DNA of 53,157 nt from an uncultured Eubacteriales bacterium (GTDB lineage: Bacteria; Bacillota; Clostridia; UMGS1883), in assembly GCA_905195005.1 (NCBI GenBank), contig CAJJUC010000001.1, forward strand, positions 1 through 53,157, written 5' to 3'. The stretch's first letter is position 1. The number at the start of each line of letters is the position of its first letter. The position numbers were made by a program, and so were the translations under genes. Under the pieces are notes generated by a model. The model had not been told where the DNA came from, ran no database searches, and saw only the letters and a program-made list of their open reading frames with translations. Shown piece by piece: positions 7,960-16,285 of the stretch.

Positions 7960-7973
7960 ACGGCTGTACACTA

Positions 7974-8609
7974 TCACAGGAGCTCGCGGTAGGATTTGAT
8001 GAAAATATCCGATTCACGCTGCATTTTCTCCGTGCAGGGGGAATCGGGCGCATATATAGCGGTAAAGCGCATATTTGCTTTTCTGACGCCGCTGAGCGCA
8101 ATATGGCTGTCCTCGTACACCATGCAGTCCGCGGGCGGCGTTTCAAGCATTTGTGCGGCTTTAAGGAATATATCCGGTTCATCCTTTCCTTTGCCGACAG
8201 ATGTTGATGATATAATGCAGTCAATATATTTTGACATTCCGCGGCGGACGAGCGCCGCCTTGCAAAGCGGACGCGGACAGTTCGTTGCAATCGCGGTTTT
8301 TATGCCGTTATTCTTCAGCCTGTGCAGATACTCGCGCGCGCCGTCAATCGGCTGCACGGTTGTTATATATTTTATCAGTCCTGCCATGCACCACGAACGC
8401 AAAGCTTTATTTATGTTTATTTCCTTGTAATTATCACGCAGATAAGCGAGCGTTTGTTCCAGCGTTGCATATTTGAATGAATTTGTCAGTTCCGGCGTTA
8501 CCGCAACGCCGTTTTTCTTCGCCCATTCAACGGCAATATTCTGCCACATTCCCATGGAATTGACAAGCGTTCCGTCAAAGTCAAAAATTGCTGCTTTAAA
8601 ATCCACCAC
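7974..8609 (-). CDS. HAD-superfamily hydrolase (beta-phosphoglucomutase-like subfamily IA)
   Basis: GTG start. Motif I IFDFDGTLVNS, motif II IATNC, motif IV VYEDS. Confidence 0.75.
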   Translation of the reverse strand: MVDFKAAIFDFDGTLVNSMGMWQNIAVEWAKKNGVAVTPELTNSFKYATLEQTLAYLRDNYKEININKALRSWCMAGLIKYITTVQPIDGAREYLHRLKNNGIKTAIATNCPRPLCKAALVRRGMSKYIDCIISSTSVGKGKDEPDIFLKAAQMLETPPADCMVYEDSHIALSGVRKANMRFTAIYAPDSPCTEKMQRESDIFIKSYRELL

Positions 8610-8623
8610 AACTCCTCACCCCT

Positions 8624-8672
8624 TGAAAAAGCGGAGGCTGTGGCTAAAGTCCAATTGACTTTAGCCGCAGCC
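8624..8672 (-). terminator. intrinsic terminator after rplL
   Basis: 16-bp stem (8636-8651 / 8657-8672), followed on the minus strand by a T-run (complement of 8626-8630). Confidence 0.6.
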
Positions 8673-8700
8673 CCTTTTAATGCGATAGGTATAGGTTAAA

Positions 8701-9072
8701 TTACTTAAGTTCAACCTTTGCGCCAACTTCTTCAAGCTGTGCCTTATACTTCTCAGCGTCGTCCTTAGCAACACCCTCTTTAAGAGTTGTGGGTGCGCCG
8801 TCAACAGCAGCCTTTGCTTCCTTAAGGCCAAGACCTGTGATTTCACGAACGATCTTTATAACCTTAATCTTCTCTGCGCCTGCTTCTGCAAGTACAACGT
8901 CAAAGTCAGTCTTTTCCTCAGCTGCTGCGCCGCCCTCTGCACCTGCTGCCATAACTGCAACGGGAGCTGCTGCGCTTACGCCGAATTCTTCCTCCATAGC
9001 CTTTACAAGGTCAGCTACTTCGAGGAGCTTTAATTCTTTAATTTCAGCAATGATTTCTTCAATCTTACTCAT
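8701..9072 (-). CDS. rplL: 50S ribosomal protein L7/L12
   Basis: [32 protein letters not shown]... followed by an Ala-rich hinge and C-terminal domain. Confidence 0.95.
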   Translation of the reverse strand: MSKIEEIIAEIKELKLLEVADLVKAMEEEFGVSAAAPVAVMAAGAEGGAAAEEKTDFDVVLAEAGAEKIKVIKIVREITGLGLKEAKAAVDGAPTTLKEGVAKDDAEKYKAQLEEVGAKVELK

Positions 9073-9110
9073 TGTTTCTTTCCTCCTAATATTTCGTTTT
9101 AAATTTGTTC

Positions 9111-9704
9111 TTATTCTGCTGCGGGTGCGCTTTCAGCCGGAGCTTCTGCTGCTTCCGCGGGAGCCTCTGCCGGAGCTTCCTCCGCCTTCTCAACCTTAAT
9201 GTCGGCCGGTTCTACGCCGTTATCAACAAGCGCCTGCAATGTGCGGACAAGATTGCTGATGGGAGCGTTCATGCTGCCGAGCATTTTAGCAAGAAGAGTT
9301 TCACGGTTGGGCGTTGCTGCGAGCTTCTTGATTTCTTCAAGAGCAAGCACCTTTCCGTCCAAAAAACCTGCCTTGATTTCAAGCTGCTCGTTATCCTTTG
9401 CAAAATCTGCAATAACCTTAGCGGGTGCAACCTCATCCGTCATGCTGATTGCAAGAGATGTTGGGCCGTTAAGGATAGGATCAAGCTCATCAAAGCCAAC
9501 TTCCTTTGCTGCAAAGCGTGTAAGGGTATTCTTTACAACCTTATACTCAACGCCTGCCTCACGAAGCTTGTTACGAAGCTTTGTATCCTGTTCAACCGTA
9601 AGACCGCAATAGTCAACGAAAACGCCGGAAACGGCAGTCTTAAGCTGTTCTGAAAGAGCGGATACAATCTGCTTCTTTTCATCGAGAATTTTCTGACTTG
9701 GCAT
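9111..9704 (-). CDS. rplJ: 50S ribosomal protein L10, with a ~30-aa Ala/Glu/Pro-rich C-terminal tail
   Basis: 197 aa; the L10 core is followed by [26 protein letters not shown]. Located upstream of rplL. Confidence 0.95.
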   Translation of the reverse strand: MPSQKILDEKKQIVSALSEQLKTAVSGVFVDYCGLTVEQDTKLRNKLREAGVEYKVVKNTLTRFAAKEVGFDELDPILNGPTSLAISMTDEVAPAKVIADFAKDNEQLEIKAGFLDGKVLALEEIKKLAATPNRETLLAKMLGSMNAPISNLVRTLQALVDNGVEPADIKVEKAEEAPAEAPAEAAEAPAESAPAAE

Positions 9705-9856
9705 ATTCTCACCTCACAATAAAAAATAAAAGGGATTCTCTGTCCATAGACACAAAGAATCCCGGTATTTCGGAAAAAATTCCTCGGCAGGACTTACTGT
9801 CGCCTGCTGTCTATGGAAAATATATAATCAAGCGGTTTATCCGCCCGACAACTGAA
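9705..9856 (-). promoter_or_regulatory. ribosomal protein L10 leader (autoregulatory attenuator) candidate
   Basis: 152-nt structured spacer between rplA and rplJ. Long-range pairing ccatagaca/tgtctatgg. A terminator-like stem gggattct/agaatccc (9732-9763) is followed on the minus strand by TTTTATTTTTT, right before the rplJ RBS. Confidence 0.5.
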
Positions 9857-10549
9857 TTAAACGAGCTTAGCGCTGTTAATCTTTATTCCGGGGCCCATTG
9901 TGCTGGCAACGGAAATACTTCTGATATACTGACCCTTTGCAGCAGCCGGCTTAGCCTTCATAATAGCCGCAACGAGAACATCGTAGTTTTCCTTGAGCTT
10001 TGCTGCGCCGAAAGAAGCCTTACCGATGGGGCAGTGAATGATATTTGTCTTATCAAGACGGTATTCAATCTTACCTGCTTTGACATCGTTTACAGCCTTT
10101 GCAACATCCATGCTTACCGTACCTGCCTTAGGGTTCGGCATGAGACCCTTAGGTCCGAGGATTCTTGCAATTCTTCCGACAACACCCATCATATCGGGAG
10201 TTGCGATAACAACATCGAAATCAAGCCAGTTTTCTTTCTGAATCTTTTCGATGTATTCTTCCGCACCGACATAGTCGGCGCCTGCAGCTTTCGCTTCGTT
10301 CTCCTTCTCGCCTTTTGCGAAAACAAGCACGCGAACCTTCTTACCTGTTCCGTTGGGAAGAACGACAGCGCCTCTTACCTGCTGATCCGCGTGACGTGAG
10401 TCAACGCCCAGCTTTGCATGAAATTCGATTGTTTCATCGAATTTTGCGCTTGCAGTCTTTACAACAAGGTCAAGAGCTTCGGCAGCGTCATACTGCTTAC
10501 CGGCTTCAATAAGCTTTGCGCCGGTCATATATTTCTTACCATGTTTCAT
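9857..10549 (-). CDS. rplA: 50S ribosomal protein L1
   Basis: 230 aa, [21 protein letters not shown]..., conserved L1 blocks, position after rplK. Confidence 0.95.
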   Translation of the reverse strand: MKHGKKYMTGAKLIEAGKQYDAAEALDLVVKTASAKFDETIEFHAKLGVDSRHADQQVRGAVVLPNGTGKKVRVLVFAKGEKENEAKAAGADYVGAEEYIEKIQKENWLDFDVVIATPDMMGVVGRIARILGPKGLMPNPKAGTVSMDVAKAVNDVKAGKIEYRLDKTNIIHCPIGKASFGAAKLKENYDVLVAAIMKAKPAAAKGQYIRSISVASTMGPGIKINSAKLV

Positions 10550-10602
10550 ACTGTTACCTCCTTGTGGTTAACCGGGGTTCTGCCCCTCCCACTTTCTTTG
10601 AA

Positions 10603-11028
10603 TCATTCCTCGACGGTTACGCCCATGCTTCTTGCCGTACCTGCGATCATGCTCATAGCAGCTTCAATGCTTGCAGCATTAAGGTCGGGCATCTTTGTTT
10701 CGGCGATCTGACGAAGATCGTCCTTCTTGAGCTGAGCAACCTTTGTTTTGTTCGGCACGCCGCTTCCGCTTTCAATCTTGCAAGCCTTTTTAATAAGGAC
10801 TGCTGCCGGCGGAGTCTTTGTTACGAATGAGAAAGATCTGTCCGCATAAACAGTGATAACAACAGGGATAATAAGCCCTGCGTCCTTTGCGGTTCTTTCG
10901 TTAAATTCCTTGGTGAACTGCACAATGTTTACGCCGTGCTGACCGAGCGCCGGACCTACCGGAGGAGCCGGCGTAGCCTTTCCTGCGGGAATTTGCAATT
11001 TGATGTAACCTTCAATTTTCTGAGCCAT
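10603..11028 (-). CDS. rplK: 50S ribosomal protein L11
   Basis: ORF 10603-11085 trimmed to ATG 11028 (AAGGAGG RBS). [34 protein letters not shown]. Confidence 0.95.
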   Translation of the reverse strand: MAQKIEGYIKLQIPAGKATPAPPVGPALGQHGVNIVQFTKEFNERTAKDAGLIIPVVITVYADRSFSFVTKTPPAAVLIKKACKIESGSGVPNKTKVAQLKKDDLRQIAETKMPDLNAASIEAAMSMIAGTARSMGVTVEE

Positions 11029-11118
11029 GGTTTTGCACCTCCTTAGAGAAAAAAATGTGGTGTTAGCGGGGAAATACCCTCCCACCTATATAACAAGCAT
11101 AACTGCCTATTATCATAA

Positions 11119-11646
11119 TCAATCCAGCGGTTCAACCTGGTAGAAATCAAACTCTACCTGCATTTCTCTGCCGCCGAACATTGTTACCATAACGTTTATT
11201 TTACGTTTTTCGGCATTTATTTCGAGAACCTCACCCATAAAGCCCTCCATGCTGCCGTCGGTTATGCGCACCGTGTCGCCGACATTAATTCCGATGTCGG
11301 GTACGCTCGTTTCAACGCCCATGCGCTCAACCTCACTGTCAGACAGGGGAACAGGCTTGCTTCCCGGACCGACAAAGCCCGTACAGCCGCGCGTGTTGCG
11401 CACGATATACCAGCTTTCATCCGTCATAACCATTTTCAAAAACACATATCCGGGATAAATTTTGCGCGAAACAGCTTTCTTTACACCGTTTTCGTTTTCC
11501 TCAACAGTTTCTTCCGTGGGGATTGCAACCTCAGCGATAAGATTTGACAGATTGCGGTTTTCAACGGTTTTTTCTATGCTGTCCTTAACCTTGTTTTCAT
11601 ACCCCGAATAGGTGTGGGCAACGTACCACTTAAATTCTGCACTCAT
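11119..11646 (-). CDS. nusG: transcription termination/antitermination factor NusG
   Basis: KWYVAHTYSGYENKVK at the N-terminus (NGN domain), C-terminal KOW domain, located between secE and rplK. Confidence 0.95.
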   Translation of the reverse strand: MSAEFKWYVAHTYSGYENKVKDSIEKTVENRNLSNLIAEVAIPTEETVEENENGVKKAVSRKIYPGYVFLKMVMTDESWYIVRNTRGCTGFVGPGSKPVPLSDSEVERMGVETSVPDIGINVGDTVRITDGSMEGFMGEVLEINAEKRKINVMVTMFGGREMQVEFDFYQVEPLD

Positions 11647-11687
11647 AATTTGCCGGGCGGCTTCGCCCTTCCCCCCTTATTTCAAAA

Positions 11688-11900
11688 TCAACCGAGAATC
11701 ATCTTGCTGAGTGAAATAAAGAGCGAATCAAGACCGAAGATAATCAGTCCGACAACGATAAGAGCCGCAATAACAATACCTGTGTTGTTGAAAAGCTGCT
11801 TTCTTGTCGGCCAAACGACTTTTTTCAATTCCGATTTAGTGGCTTTAAACGACTTCCCCACGCGGGCGAAAAATCCTTCTTTTTTAACGGTTTCTCCCAT
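11688..11900 (-). CDS. secE: preprotein translocase subunit SecE
   Basis: ORF 11688-11909 trimmed to ATG 11900 (GAGGGTG RBS). KSELKKVVWPTRKQL followed by a single TM segment. Confidence 0.85.
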   Translation of the reverse strand: MGETVKKEGFFARVGKSFKATKSELKKVVWPTRKQLFNNTGIVIAALIVVGLIIFGLDSLFISLSKMILG

Positions 11901-11915
11901 TACATTCACCCTCTA

Positions 11916-12065
11916 TTACTTAGATTCTTTGTGCAGCGTGTGCTTGCGGCAGAAAGGACAATACTTGTTCATTTCAATTCTGTCAGGGTCGTTTTTCTTA
12001 TTTTTCATAGTATTGTAATTACGCTGCTTGCACTCTGTGCACGCCATTGTGATTTTAACTCTCAT
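11916..12065 (-). CDS. rpmG: 50S ribosomal protein L33 (zinc-ribbon C+ form)
   Basis: ORF 11916-12101 trimmed to ATG 12065 (GGGAGG RBS). [49 protein letters not shown]. Confidence 0.9.
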   Translation of the reverse strand: MRVKITMACTECKQRNYNTMKNKKNDPDRIEMNKYCPFCRKHTLHKESK

Positions 12066-12137
12066 AACTGCGCCTCCCGAGAAAAATTTACCCGCCTTCA
12101 TTGCACATAAAAAAAACCTTCACAGCGAGGTATTATT

Positions 12138-12166
12138 AATTTACCACATATAAGACGGCTTGTCAA
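12138..12166 (-). promoter_or_regulatory. sigma-A-type promoter for rpmG-secE-nusG
   Basis: Minus strand TTGACA (12166-12161), 17-nt spacer, TAAATT (12143-12138). Confidence 0.45.
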
Positions 12167-12212
12167 TAGTTTTTGAAAAATTTCTTGGCAAATTCAGCCG
12201 AAACAGTCGAAT

Positions 12213-12974
12213 TTATGCCAAAATCAGCTTTGTGTCCGATTCCTCGAGCCGTTTTTCCCAATGTGCGTCAAGCGGCTTTTCCGATACAAAGTAATCGATA
12301 TCGTCAAATGCCGCAAGCTTTGCAAAGCCCACACGGTCAAGCTTTGTATGCTCGCACACATATATTTTTGTCTGCGAATTTTCAATCATGCATTTTTTCA
12401 TTGCACATTCCCGCTCGTTGCTGTCAAGAATCCCTGCCTCGGCGGTTACGCCGCGCGAGCTGAAGAACAGCTTGTTGGCAAAATAATTTTCCCTGATTGC
12501 CGATTCGGCAAGGCTGCCGACAAAGGAGCGGCTGCCGCCGACAAGTCCGCCGGTTCCGATAACGCGTATATCGGTGCAGCCGGAAAGCTCGGCAATGGTT
12601 TCGAGCGAATTGGTGACAACGGTGATGTTTCTCATTGTTTTAAGCTCGCGCGCTATATAAAAGGTAGTTGTTGACGCGTCAAGAAAAATCGTGTCGCCGG
12701 GAGAAACAAGCTCTGCCGCGGCGCGCGCTACCAGCTCCTTGCCGGCAACATTAAGCTTTTTGCGTTTTTCAAGCGACGGCTCGTGCTTATTGTCGTCAAC
12801 GGGAACGGCTCCGCCGTGCGTTCTGAGCAAAAGCTCCTGTTTTTCAAGCTTCTCGAGATCCCTGCGGACGGTTTCCTCCGCAACGTTGAAATCGGCGCTT
12901 AATTTACTTACCTGAACGGCGCCGTTTTCGCGCAGAAGCTCAACTATTTTTTTCTGTCTTTCTATGGCAAACAA
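12213..12974 (-). CDS. DeoR-family transcriptional regulator (last gene of the BMC locus)
   Basis: TTG start behind AGGAGGG. N-terminal HTH ERQKKIVELLRENGAVQVSKLSADFNVAEETVRRDLEKLE plus a DeoR C-terminal sugar-phosphate sensor domain. Confidence 0.85.
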   Translation of the reverse strand: MFAIERQKKIVELLRENGAVQVSKLSADFNVAEETVRRDLEKLEKQELLLRTHGGAVPVDDNKHEPSLEKRKKLNVAGKELVARAAAELVSPGDTIFLDASTTTFYIARELKTMRNITVVTNSLETIAELSGCTDIRVIGTGGLVGGSRSFVGSLAESAIRENYFANKLFFSSRGVTAEAGILDSNERECAMKKCMIENSQTKIYVCEHTKLDRVGFAKLAAFDDIDYFVSEKPLDAHWEKRLEESDTKLILA

Positions 12975-12997
12975 GTTTTTCCCTCCTTATATCCGAC

Positions 12998-13030
12998 GAG
13001 CGGTAAATTGCGTATACCAATTTACCGCTC
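12998..13030 (-). terminator. 13-bp perfect hairpin between pduL and the DeoR gene (terminator-like, no clear U-tract)
   Basis: gagcggtaaattg (12998-13010) / caatttaccgctc (13018-13030), 7-nt loop. Could instead be an operator or RNA-stability element. Confidence 0.35.
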
Positions 13031-13045
13031 ATATAATGTACTTAT

Positions 13046-13678
13046 TTATTTTTTTATAAGCGTTACCATATCGCCGTTCCTGAGCCCGGCGCTGTTTGCG
13101 TCGTCAGTGTCGATATGCATTTCAACGTTGAAGTCGTCGCGCACTCTTATCTGCACATCGTAAAACTTGGTTGTTTTCTCTTTTCCGTGGCAAAGCACAT
13201 CAACGTAATCGCCGTCCTTAAGCTCATGAGCCGCAGCATATTCGGGCGTCAGATGAATATGCCTGTTTGCAATTATAACGCCTTCCTTTAAATATATGCT
13301 TCCCTTTGGACCGACAACAACTATTCTTTCGCTGCCCTCAATGTGACCCGATGGGCGAACCGGAGGGCTGACCTTAAGAATGAACGTGTCCGTTCTTGAA
13401 ATTTCAACCTGTGTGTTCTTGCGCACAGGTCCGAGCACTCTTACTCTTTCAATCGCCTTGAGCGACGGACCGACAAGCGTTACAAGCTCTTCGGAGGCAT
13501 ATTCGCGCCCCATGAGTTGCTTTTTCTTCGTAAGCTCGTAGCCCTTCCCGAAAAGGATATCGAGATGCTCCCGTGAAAGGTGGATGTGGCGCTGAGAAAC
13601 ACCGATTTTCACTTCGCCTTGGTTTACATATTCACTTGCCGCCTTGCGGACAATGTTTTCAATTTCTTTTATATCCAT
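13046..13678 (-). CDS. pduL: phosphate propanoyltransferase PduL, with an N-terminal amphipathic helix
   Basis: Duplicated RHIHL motifs (VSQRHIHLS, IANRHIHLT). N-terminus MDIKEIENIVRKAASEY. Confidence 0.85.
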   Translation of the reverse strand: MDIKEIENIVRKAASEYVNQGEVKIGVSQRHIHLSREHLDILFGKGYELTKKKQLMGREYASEELVTLVGPSLKAIERVRVLGPVRKNTQVEISRTDTFILKVSPPVRPSGHIEGSERIVVVGPKGSIYLKEGVIIANRHIHLTPEYAAAHELKDGDYVDVLCHGKEKTTKFYDVQIRVRDDFNVEMHIDTDDANSAGLRNGDMVTLIKK

Positions 13679-13959
13679 TATTCATCTACCTCTGTATCAA
13701 AAAACTTCATAAGCTCCTCGTGGGGATTTGCGATAACCTCGCAGCCGTAAACAGTTCCGAGCTTTTCCGCCTCCGCTTTTCCTGCTTCAATGGCTGCCTT
13801 AACAGCCGAAACCTGCCCCATCACCACAAAGGTAACAAGCCTTCCGCCGAGGCGCTTTTCCGAATGAATAATCCGCACCTGCGCCGCTTTAAGCATTGCG
13901 TCCAGACCGCTTATTGCCGCAACAAGACCCTGGATTTCGAGTATTCCGATTGATCTCAT
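13678..13959 (-). CDS. BMC-domain shell protein (BMC-H, 93 aa)
   Basis: MRSIGILEIQGLVAAISGLDAMLKAAQVRII...VSAVKAAIEAG is a single Pfam00936-type domain. Its stop overlaps the pduL start (TAATG). Confidence 0.85.
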   Translation of the reverse strand: MRSIGILEIQGLVAAISGLDAMLKAAQVRIIHSEKRLGGRLVTFVVMGQVSAVKAAIEAGKAEAEKLGTVYGCEVIANPHEELMKFFDTEVDE

Positions 13960-14303
13960 CTTTTAAATCCTCTCTTTCCGAGCTTCTTGTTATATTTGTC
14001 ACGGTTTATATCATTAAGATATGCCATCGCTTCGGTCTGGTCATCGGGGCGCGATATAACGTGCGACGTTATGTACTTGCCCTCACCCTCGGCATATGCC
14101 TTGCCTGCTTCAATTGCAGCCTTGACCGCCGCCGATGAGCCTTCTATTTTTACCTCCATTACAAGAGGCGCCGGAACGTCCGTCCTTATCGGGCGGTTTC
14201 TGTCAAACGCTATGATGCTCACATCGGCAGCCTTAGCCATTAAATCGGCTGTTACAAGCGCCGTTGTGAAGCTGTATACCTCGATCATTCCGAGTGCCTG
14301 CAT
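13956..14303 (-). CDS. BMC-domain shell protein (115 aa) with a basic C-terminal tail
   Basis: MQALGMIEVYSFTTALVTADLMAKAADVSII...AAVKAAIEAG, then the tail RDKYNKKLGKRGFKR. Confidence 0.8.
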   Translation of the reverse strand: MQALGMIEVYSFTTALVTADLMAKAADVSIIAFDRNRPIRTDVPAPLVMEVKIEGSSAAVKAAIEAGKAYAEGEGKYITSHVISRPDDQTEAMAYLNDINRDKYNKKLGKRGFKR

Positions 14304-14328
14304 TCAAATCATTCCTTTCGGGAGTTAA

Positions 14329-15717
14329 TCAAACGATATGAAGTCCGTCAGCCATTACGCATCTTCTTGCGCGCGTAAAGGAATGAGCAGCCGTCAAGCC
14401 CTCGCCCGTGGGTCCGGCAATGGTGAACGTTGTATAACCCTCGCCGCCTGCACCGATACCTGCATAGGAGGGAGCGTTTTTAACAAATATTGTCGTTTCA
14501 ACCTCGCGTGCAAAACGAGTGAGGTTGTCGATATTTTTTGAATGAATATGCGCACTGTGACGGCGGCCCGCTTCAGCCTTAACGCCGTACTCGATAGCCC
14601 GGTCGATATTATCAACGCGCACGATTGCAAGAATCGGCATCATAAGCTCTGTCTGAACAAAGGGATGATCAAAATCCGTTTCGCAGATGATAAGGCGCGG
14701 ATCGGCATCGATACCGATTGCCTTTAAGAACTTGCCTGCATCACGGCCAACCATTTTCTTGTTTATAACAAGCTTGCCGTCCTTTTCAACAAGTGCAACC
14801 TTAACGAGCTTGTCAATATCATCGCCCTTAACCATGTAAGCGCCGTTTTCAAGCATGCTTTGAATAAGCTCATCGGCAACGGAGGACACAACAAAGCATT
14901 CCTTTTCCGCAATGCACGGAAGGTTGTTGTCGAAGCTTGCGCCCTTAACGATGTCCGCACCGGCTTTTTTGATGTCGGCAGTTTCGTCAACGATAACCGG
15001 AGGATTGCCTGCGCCGGCGCCGATTGCCTTTTTGCCGGAGGAAAGAAGCATTTTAACAACGCCGGGACCGCCCGTTGCAACAAGCATTTTAACGAGCGGC
15101 GATTTAACCATCTCATCGGATGATTTCATTGTAGGATTCTTAACCGAAACAACAAGGTTTTCGGGACCGCCTGCTTCAAGAATCGCACGGTTTACCATAT
15201 CGACAGCAGCATTTGAGGTTTTCTTCGCATTCGGATGAGGATTGAAAACAACGGCGTTTCCGCCTGCAATCATACCCATTGAATTACAGATAACCGTTTC
15301 ACTGGGGTTTGTTGACGGCGTTATGCTTCCTATAATTCCGAAAGGAGCCATTTCTATAAGAGTAAGACCGTCGTCACCCGTCCATACGGAGGGCTTGAGA
15401 TCCTCCGTTCCGGGAGTTTTTTCGGCAACAAGCTGATGCTTTATCGTCTTATCCTCAACACGGCCCATGCCCGTTTCCTCAACGCCCATCTCGGCAAGCT
15501 TTGCCGCATTTTTTAGCGTGTATTCGCGGATTTTCGAAATCATTTTTTCGCGCTGAGCAACCGTGTAGGAACGAAATTCCTTATATGCCTTCGATACGGC
15601 TGCCAAAGCGTCCGACATTTCATCAAACACGCCGAGCTGCCTTGTATCGTTCGTCTGTGCGCCCATTTCGCTGAGAACGTTCTCAACTATCTGACTGATA
15701 TATTTTTCATCCAACAT
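14329..15717 (-). CDS. CoA-acylating aldehyde dehydrogenase (PduP/EutE-like) with an N-terminal encapsulation peptide
   Basis: ORF 14329-15750 trimmed to ATG 15717 (GAGAGGTG RBS). N-terminus MLDEKYISQIVENVLSEM. Catalytic loop NNLPCIAEKE. Confidence 0.85.
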   Translation of the reverse strand: MLDEKYISQIVENVLSEMGAQTNDTRQLGVFDEMSDALAAVSKAYKEFRSYTVAQREKMISKIREYTLKNAAKLAEMGVEETGMGRVEDKTIKHQLVAEKTPGTEDLKPSVWTGDDGLTLIEMAPFGIIGSITPSTNPSETVICNSMGMIAGGNAVVFNPHPNAKKTSNAAVDMVNRAILEAGGPENLVVSVKNPTMKSSDEMVKSPLVKMLVATGGPGVVKMLLSSGKKAIGAGAGNPPVIVDETADIKKAGADIVKGASFDNNLPCIAEKECFVVSSVADELIQSMLENGAYMVKGDDIDKLVKVALVEKDGKLVINKKMVGRDAGKFLKAIGIDADPRLIICETDFDHPFVQTELMMPILAIVRVDNIDRAIEYGVKAEAGRRHSAHIHSKNIDNLTRFAREVETTIFVKNAPSYAGIGAGGEGYTTFTIAGPTGEGLTAAHSFTRARRCVMADGLHIV

Positions 15718-15731
15718 TTGTAAGCACCTCT

Positions 15732-16280
15732 CTATAAAATGTTTTTCCACAAATCTTTTGCGGGACGGGGGATAACGGCGCTGTCAAGAAACATTCCCGT
15801 ATCTCCGCAGTCGCGCTTTGCGCGCTCAATTGCAGCAGTCACAGCCGCAACATCGCCCGTTATAAGAACATAGGACTTTCCGCACATGCCGCGCGCCAGT
15901 CTTATTTCTATAAGCTTTACCATTGACGTTTTCACCGTGTTATCCGCCGCAACGACAGCCGAAGCCGCGCTGTAGGTTTCGAACACGCCGAGCGCCTCCA
16001 CCTCAGACACATCGGTTGCTCCGCATATTGCCGGAATAACATCGTCATGAGGATTGCCGAGCACGAAGCTGTCAATAAGTCTTGACGGCAGTTTTTTGCG
16101 GCATGCATCGATTGACGCTCTTACCGCGCTGAGATCGCCGGCAAACGTTACAAGATATTTACCGGGGCAGACGGTACTTGCTTCAAGTATTTCAACCTCG
16201 GCAGTTTTAACAATTAAATCTGCCGCCTGCATACCCGATGAAACCGTAGTATATTCTACCATTCCCAATGCTTTATTCAT
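15732..16280 (-). CDS. tandem-BMC-domain shell protein (BMC-T, PduT-like)
   Basis: 182 aa with two BMC domains. Cys38 in STVCPGKY is at the position of the PduT pore [4Fe-4S] ligand, as I recall it. Confidence 0.8.
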   Translation of the reverse strand: MNKALGMVEYTTVSSGMQAADLIVKTAEVEILEASTVCPGKYLVTFAGDLSAVRASIDACRKKLPSRLIDSFVLGNPHDDVIPAICGATDVSEVEALGVFETYSAASAVVAADNTVKTSMVKLIEIRLARGMCGKSYVLITGDVAAVTAAIERAKRDCGDTGMFLDSAVIPRPAKDLWKNIL

Positions 16281-16285
16281 CTAAG

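Noticed and set aside
5441-7960. Calling the tRNA-Cys-adjacent islet an intact integrative mobile element
   Set aside because: I could find no integrase, recombinase or transposase, and no direct repeat of the tRNA 3' end. It is kept only as a low-interest remnant hypothesis.
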